Under the pieces are notes generated by a model. The model did no database searches. It saw nothing but the letters and a program-made list of their open reading frames with translations, and was not told the origin of the DNA. This document shows positions 58,529 through 64,000 of a stretch of 64,000 nt of DNA, in pieces; positions within the stretch are counted from its first letter, which is position 1; each line of letters begins with the position of its first letter. The position numbers and the translations under genes were made by a program. Source of the DNA: Gammaproteobacteria bacterium (GTDB taxonomy: Bacteria; Pseudomonadota; Gammaproteobacteria; JAUZRS01); contig JAUZSP010000006.1 of the NCBI GenBank assembly GCA_030949385.1, positions 64,121-128,120 on the forward strand. Direction: 5' to 3'.

Positions 58529-59944
58529 ATGAAACCTGTTATTGCTTTGGTCGGTCGCCCCAATGTGGGCAAATCCACCCTGTTTAATAAACTCACCCGC
58601 AGTCGTGATGCCTTGGTAGCGGATCTGCCGGGGTTGACCCGTGACCGTCAGTACGGCGATGGTAAAGTCGGCGAGAGGGCGTTTATCGTTGTTGATACGG
58701 GTGGTTTAAGCGGCGCAAAAGAGGCTTTGGATGTGCGCATGGAGCAACAGACCCAGCTGGCCATTTCGGAAGCCAATGTGGTGCTGTTTATGGTGGATGC
58801 CCGCGCGGGTTTGATGCCGGCTGATGTGAACATTGCTGATCAGCTGCGTCGCGATGGAAAATCGGTTTTTTTGGTGGTTAATAAAGTAGATGGCTTGGAC
58901 ATCGAGCAGGCCAAAAGTGACTTTTACAGCCTTGGTTTGGGGCAGTCTTTGGCCATTGCAGCGTCGCACGGTCGGGGGGTTAATCGCCTGATCGAGACGG
59001 TGCTGGACGAGCAGGCTGAACAGGAAGAGATTGACGAGGGTCAAGAGGCGGCGGAACGCACTTTGAAGGTGGCGGTGGTGGGTCGCCCTAATGTGGGTAA
59101 GTCTACTTTGATTAACCGCTTTTTGGGCGAAGAACGGGTGGTGGCTTTTGACCGTCCGGGTACCACTCGCGACAGCGTTTTTATTCCCTTTGAAAAAGCC
59201 GGTCAGGCCTACACGTTGATTGATACCGCCGGTGTGCGGCGGCGCGGTAAAGTCAAAGAAGTGGTGGAAAAGTTCAGTGTGATCAAAACCTTGCAGGCGA
59301 TTGATGCCAGCAACGTGGTGATTATGATGATGGACGCCAGTCAAGGCATTGCCGATCAAGATTTGAGCCTGTTGGGTTATATTTTAGACAGCGGTCGTGC
59401 CTTGGTGGTGGCGATCAATAAATGGGATGATTTGAGCCGAGACCAAAAAGATCAGATTAAAAAGGATCTGGATTGGCGTTTGGGGTTCCTTAAATTTGCC
59501 AAGGTGCATCAGGTCTCGGCCAAACGCGGTACGGGGGTGGGTAAATTGCTCGGTTCGGTCAATCAGGCCTATCGAGCGGCGATGAAAGATCTTTCTACGC
59601 CGGAGTTAACGCGCCAGTTACAGCAGGCGCTGTTGGCGCATCAACCGCCGCTGTTTCGGGGGCGGCGGATCAAGTTGCGTTACGCCCATCAAGGAGGAGT
59701 GAATCCGCCATTGATTGTGATTCATGGCAACCAGACCGACAGTTTGCCTGGGGTCTATAAACGCTATCTGGCCAACTATTTTCAGGAAGCCTTTAAACTG
59801 TTCGGTACGCCTTTGAGATTGGAATTTCGTACTGCCGAGAATCCGTTTGCGGGGCGACGTACACCCCCCCCAAAAACCAAGAGCAGTAAGGAACTGAATC
59901 GCAAGCCGAAACTGTTGGCCAAACAGAAAGCGCGTCGTCGTTAG
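58529..59944 (+). CDS. der: Ribosome-associated GTPase Der (EngA), tandem GTPase domains + KH-like domain
   Basis: [20 protein letters not shown] and a second [10 protein letters not shown]-loop. Basic C-terminal tail. Confidence 0.9.
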   Translation: MKPVIALVGRPNVGKSTLFNKLTRSRDALVADLPGLTRDRQYGDGKVGERAFIVVDTGGLSGAKEALDVRMEQQTQLAISEANVVLFMVDARAGLMPADVNIADQLRRDGKSVFLVVNKVDGLDIEQAKSDFYSLGLGQSLAIAASHGRGVNRLIETVLDEQAEQEEIDEGQEAAERTLKVAVVGRPNVGKSTLINRFLGEERVVAFDRPGTTRDSVFIPFEKAGQAYTLIDTAGVRRRGKVKEVVEKFSVIKTLQAIDASNVVIMMMDASQGIADQDLSLLGYILDSGRALVVAINKWDDLSRDQKDQIKKDLDWRLGFLKFAKVHQVSAKRGTGVGKLLGSVNQAYRAAMKDLSTPELTRQLQQALLAHQPPLFRGRRIKLRYAHQGGVNPPLIVIHGNQTDSLPGVYKRYLANYFQEAFKLFGTPLRLEFRTAENPFAGRRTPPPKTKSSKELNRKPKLLAKQKARRR

Positions 59945-62325
59945 GCGCTTTTTTGTTCGGGCTTGCTTTTATGAAGCTGCTGTTGCAGCAGTTGCTCGAT
60001 GGCGTTGGCGGGTTTGGGACGACTGAAAAGATAGCCCTGATATTCGTGACAGCCGTTTTGCTCCAAAAAGGCCAGTTGTTCGGGGGTTTCTACCCCTTCG
60101 GCAATGACTTTTAGATCCAGGCTTTTGGCCATTGCCAAAATGGCCTGAATAATGGCTTGGTCATTTTTGTCGTGCTGGATGTCGGCTACAAAGGATTGGT
60201 CGATTTTTAGGCTATCAAAGGCAAACTGTTTCAGGTAGCTGAGGCTGGAGTAACCGGTGCCAAAATCGTCAATGGAGATGGTAACACCGACTTTTTTGAT
60301 TGCTTTGAGCTGGCGGCGGTTTTTTTCTGGGTAGCGCATCAGGGTGTTTTCGGTCAGCTCCAGTTCCAAATTTTTTGGCTCAATGTCGTACTGGGTGAGC
60401 AGGCGTGTGAGGCGCTCAGGCAGTTTGGGGTCGGCCAGTTGCAAGGGCGAGAGGTTGACCGCCACGGTGAGGTTTTGAATGCCCTGTTGTGACCAGTGGT
60501 GCAGCTGTTGACAGGCTTGCTCCAAAACCCAAGCTCCGATAGGAGTGATCAGGCCTTCGTTTTCGGCGGTATCAATAAACTGGTTTGGAGAAATGTAGCC
60601 TTTCTGTGGGTGTTTCCAGCGCAGGAGTGCTTCTAGGCCGGTGATCTGACCGCTGCTGAGATTGACTTTGGGTTGGTAATAAATTTGGAACTGCTTCTCT
60701 TCCAAGGCCAGACGCAGATCACGGGCGAGGGTCAGACGCGCCATCATCTCATCGTTTAATTGCTGGGTATGGAACTGAAAATGGTTGCGCCCCTGCTGTT
60801 TGGCTTGGTACATGGCGGTGTCGGCATTTTTGATCAACTCATCCACGTTGTTGCCGTCTTTGCTTGAGAGGCTGATGCCGATGCTGATGCCGTAATGTAG
60901 GGTGTGCTCCAAAATATGCGCAGGTTTGGCAATCTCGTTTAACAGCTGGTTGGCTAAGTTGACCACTTCCGCTTCGTCTTTTATCTCTGGCAGTAAAATA
61001 ATAAATTCATCACCGCCGTAACGCGCCACCGTATCACCGGCTCTGGCGCACTGTTGCAGTCGTTTGGCTGTTTCCAGCAGTAGGGCATCGCCTACGGGAT
61101 GGCCGAGACTGTCATTGATGTATTTAAAGCGATCCAGATCGATAAACAGCACGGCGGTTTGATGTTGGCACCGTTGTGCTTGTGCCAGTGCCTGTTCGAG
61201 GTGATCTTCAAACAGCAGGCGGTTGGGCAGTCCTGTGAGGCTGTCGTGAGTGGCTTGGTGAGCTAAGGTCTGTTCGTAGTTTTTTTGCTGGTCAATGATG
61301 TGCGTGAGCAGAGTGTTTTTATGTGCCAAGGTATGGGCGTGTTGAGAAGCGCTGAAGAGGTACCAGCTGAGTAAAAGAGTAATGATCAGCCCTGAAATTA
61401 AAATAATCCAATGAGTTGGGGGGAGTTGAGTTACAAAATAGCCTTGGGCTGGGGTGGCAATGATGTTCCAAAACTGTGAACCAACGCTGATCTTACCTTG
61501 ATAACGTAAGCTGGAGGGGGCGTGAATAAGGCTTTCTTTTGAGTGAGATGTACTCAATTTGCGCGAGCGGTGAAAATGTAAGGGGGTCGCATTTGGGCTG
61601 ATCTCGCCGTGATACAGGCCGAGATTGATGCCGCTGGGAGTCAGGCCTGACAGAGCTTGTTTTACCAGATGGTGCGGATTCAACAAAGCGACTAAATAAT
61701 CGCTCTCCAGTTGGGGGGATTCTGTGTCTGAGTGGTAGAGAATTTTTTGATAGATAAACAGAAGGTTGTTTTGACTGCGTTGCTCTTGCAGGCTAAAAAA
61801 TCCGAGGTCTGAATTATTTTTCCGCACCTTCGTCAGCTCCATTGTCAGCTGTACCATGACCTCGGGAGTTAACTTACCTTGATCGTTGAGCAGAGGCAGA
61901 GAGGTGTCTGTTTGCCGCTTGTTTTGGAGTGTGCTGGGATACCAGATCACCTGTTGCCAGACAGGGTGATTGTGGACAAAGTGGGTGCTGAACTGTTGTA
62001 AGGGGTTCAATAGCGGTGGTTTAGAGGCCTCTAAAAAGGCACTTACGGCGTGAAACAGTTCTAAGTCACGCATTAATTGGCGTTTGATGGTGGTGATACG
62101 ATCTTTAGCGCCTTTAACAAAACTGTTTTCTTGTGCTTCCAGAACCGTATGACGGTTCCACTGTTCTACTTGAACAGCGGTCATCAGGCTTAGGCTGCTG
62201 CCAATGAGCAATATAAGCAGGCTTGGTATGTGTTGTCGTAGTCGAGATAGGATGGGGGTGATCAGGATATTCATTCTTTTGCCTCGGTCACCTTCAGATT
62301 TTAAAAACGGCTCCGATTTTAACAC
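59941..62325 (-). CDS. Membrane sensor with periplasmic domain, GGDEF (diguanylate cyclase) and EAL (phosphodiesterase) domains
   Basis: GGDEF motif in ..[12 protein letters not shown]... EAL signatures in the C-terminal domain ([28 protein letters not shown]). Two TM segments flank an N-terminal periplasmic region. Confidence 0.8.
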   Translation of the reverse strand: MLKSEPFLKSEGDRGKRMNILITPILSRLRQHIPSLLILLIGSSLSLMTAVQVEQWNRHTVLEAQENSFVKGAKDRITTIKRQLMRDLELFHAVSAFLEASKPPLLNPLQQFSTHFVHNHPVWQQVIWYPSTLQNKRQTDTSLPLLNDQGKLTPEVMVQLTMELTKVRKNNSDLGFFSLQEQRSQNNLLFIYQKILYHSDTESPQLESDYLVALLNPHHLVKQALSGLTPSGINLGLYHGEISPNATPLHFHRSRKLSTSHSKESLIHAPSSLRYQGKISVGSQFWNIIATPAQGYFVTQLPPTHWIILISGLIITLLLSWYLFSASQHAHTLAHKNTLLTHIIDQQKNYEQTLAHQATHDSLTGLPNRLLFEDHLEQALAQAQRCQHQTAVLFIDLDRFKYINDSLGHPVGDALLLETAKRLQQCARAGDTVARYGGDEFIILLPEIKDEAEVVNLANQLLNEIAKPAHILEHTLHYGISIGISLSSKDGNNVDELIKNADTAMYQAKQQGRNHFQFHTQQLNDEMMARLTLARDLRLALEEKQFQIYYQPKVNLSSGQITGLEALLRWKHPQKGYISPNQFIDTAENEGLITPIGAWVLEQACQQLHHWSQQGIQNLTVAVNLSPLQLADPKLPERLTRLLTQYDIEPKNLELELTENTLMRYPEKNRRQLKAIKKVGVTISIDDFGTGYSSLSYLKQFAFDSLKIDQSFVADIQHDKNDQAIIQAILAMAKSLDLKVIAEGVETPEQLAFLEQNGCHEYQGYLFSRPKPANAIEQLLQQQLHKSKPEQKSA

Positions 62326-62423
62326 AGTGAGCTAACAAAATTTATTGGTGTAAATATTGTAGTGGCTGTTGCAAGAATACGGTTTGTCTGTTTGCAGCGT
62401 GAGTGGTCAAGGGAGCGGGAAGC

Positions 62424-64000
62424 ATGGCGTGGATAAAAAATGTCTCGGTGAAATACAAGATTTGGTTCAGTTTCATTTTGGTGCTGCTCGGCTTGGTGTG
62501 GCAAGGGGTCAATTCGGTCAATAGCCTGTCTACGGTGCAGTCCAGCATCAATGTGGTGGTGGAGGAGCTGCAACCGACAATGGTGCTTTCGATGCGTTTG
62601 GAGTACCAATTGCAAGCGGCGGTCAGCTCTTTGGCGTTGTACCTACTGAGCAAAGAAGAGATCCATAAAACCGAGTATCAAAATCGTCTGCACGAGCTGG
62701 ATATGACCCTTAATACAATCAACAGTCTGGCCATTGAGAGCGGTAATCTGCAAGAGCAGCGTTTTTTAGAGGAATTGGGTGAAAGCCTCAAAACCTTTAA
62801 GAGTTATAAAGAAGGCATGTTGGCGTTGGCGGAGGACGAAGCCAGCAACATCAGTGCGATGGTGTACGCCAGTGAACACATCAATTCTCGGGTGAAAGAG
62901 ATCAGCAACATTCTCAATCAGATGGTGCGCTCTGAAGATGAAGAAGAGGCCAGTGAAGAGCGCAAACAGCTGCTTTTGGATGTCAGCGAATTACGTTACG
63001 CTTGGTCGAATGTGGTCAATGAAATCCGTCTGTTTCTGGCTTTTCGCACTCAAATTGCGTTGGATAATTTGACGCTCTACTCACAGCAAGTGGAGAACAT
63101 GCTCAGTAAAGTGGCGCAATACGGTGATGCGTTGACGTTTGATCAAGTGGACGGTTTGACCGAGTTACAACCCATTTTGCACGATTTTGCTCAACATTGG
63201 GCTATTTTGACCGAGATTCACGGCAGTGATCGCTGGCGACGTGATGCCTATTTGATCAAAACCGAAATTACACCCTTGATTACAAAAATAAAACGCAATT
63301 TAAATAGGCATTTGGGCAAACAGCGACACGCCATGCGTTTGGCCAATCGAGGCGTGAATACCCTCTATCGCAGTGAACGTCAGCACTATATTTTTATTAC
63401 CTTTATCGCTTTGTTTTTGGTGGCGTTGTTGGCTTGGTGGCTGTCGCGTAACATCACCAAACCCTTGGCCGAAGCGGTTATTTTTACCCAAAAAATTGCG
63501 GCGGGTAAGCTGGATAACAAAACCAAATACCGTTCTAAAGATGAGATGGGGCAGTTGTTAAGCGCTTTGGCACAAATGCAGCGTCAGCTCTCTGAGCGTA
63601 TTCAAAGCGAAGCTAAAATTTCTGCCATCAATGCTCGGGTGAAAACGGCGCTGGACAGCGTCAGTGCTAATGTGATGATGGCCGATGGCAAGAACAACAT
63701 TATCTACATCAACGATTCTGCCCGTCGCATGTTTCAGCAAGCAGCAGAAGAGATTAGGCAACATCTGCCTGAATTTGATATTGAGTCGGCACTGAGTTTG
63801 AATTTAGTCGAACTGTTTCCCGACTCAAACGACTTGCACAGCACCTTAAATGACCTCAAGCAGCAGAAAAAATACGAGCTGTTATTGGGGCAATGTACTT
63901 TGAACTTTATTGCCAACCCGGTTTTTGATGAGCACGGTAAACGAGTGGGAACGGTGCTTGAGTGGCAAAATCGTACTCTGGAGATCAGCATTGAGAAGGA
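62424..64000 (+). CDS. Sensor protein, 5' part only: double-TM periplasmic sensing domain, HAMP, PAS; runs off the window end
   Basis: The frame stays open from the ATG at 62424 to the window end. Hand translation MAWIKNVSVKYKIWFSFILVLLGLVW..., a second TM (FITFIALFLVALLAWW), a HAMP-like ITKPLAEAVIFTQKIAAGKLD, then PAS-like ..ALDSVSANVMMADGKNNIIYINDSARRMF... It is not in the supplied ORF track because no stop codon is reached. Confidence 0.6.
   Translation, partial: MAWIKNVSVKYKIWFSFILVLLGLVWQGVNSVNSLSTVQSSINVVVEELQPTMVLSMRLEYQLQAAVSSLALYLLSKEEIHKTEYQNRLHELDMTLNTINSLAIESGNLQEQRFLEELGESLKTFKSYKEGMLALAEDEASNISAMVYASEHINSRVKEISNILNQMVRSEDEEEASEERKQLLLDVSELRYAWSNVVNEIRLFLAFRTQIALDNLTLYSQQVENMLSKVAQYGDALTFDQVDGLTELQPILHDFAQHWAILTEIHGSDRWRRDAYLIKTEITPLITKIKRNLNRHLGKQRHAMRLANRGVNTLYRSERQHYIFITFIALFLVALLAWWLSRNITKPLAEAVIFTQKIAAGKLDNKTKYRSKDEMGQLLSALAQMQRQLSERIQSEAKISAINARVKTALDSVSANVMMADGKNNIIYINDSARRMFQQAAEEIRQHLPEFDIESALSLNLVELFPDSNDLHSTLNDLKQQKKYELLLGQCTLNFIANPVFDEHGKRVGTVLEWQNRTLEISIEK

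Overview
The window looks like a gammaproteobacterial chromosome segment of roughly 50% GC. Most of it is conserved housekeeping sequence. This includes moaB-moeA, pgi, glgA, queC, a complete isc operon (iscR-iscS-iscU-iscA-hscB-hscA-fdx-iscX), and the ndk-rlmN-pilF-rodZ-hisS-yfgM-bamB-der block. Three accessory regions interrupt it.

(1) A roughly 7.7-kb element is integrated at the 3' end of tRNA-Lys(UUU), at 23288-30973. It is bounded by a 53-bp direct repeat of the tRNA 3' half. It carries a tyrosine integrase, an AlpA-like regulator, and a Toprim/P-loop primase-helicase. The primase-helicase gene is flanked by about 245-bp inverted repeats containing GCGTGACRG iterons and AT-rich spacers, and a BrnT/BrnA toxin-antitoxin pair follows.

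(2) An IS701-like insertion sequence with a 4-bp target-site duplication is inserted into the 3' end of msrA.

(3) An orphan tagF-pppA pair (normally type VI secretion regulators) lies immediately upstream of a complete type I restriction-modification locus, hsdM-hsdS-hsdR.

Other notable genes are a tail-anchored degenerate Ser/Thr kinase, a REC-TM-periplasmic-domain protein translationally coupled to a zinc-ribbon protein, a very large Q-rich coiled-coil protein, and a GGDEF-EAL sensor.

Many genes appear frameshifted, several at homopolymer tracts: glgA (twice), the primase-helicase, hsdM (G7), hsdR (A7), suhB, and possibly the coiled-coil gene (two A7 tracts). This suggests either homopolymer indel errors in the assembly or real phase variation and pseudogenisation. 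All functional calls rest on motif recognition by eye; no database searches were run.
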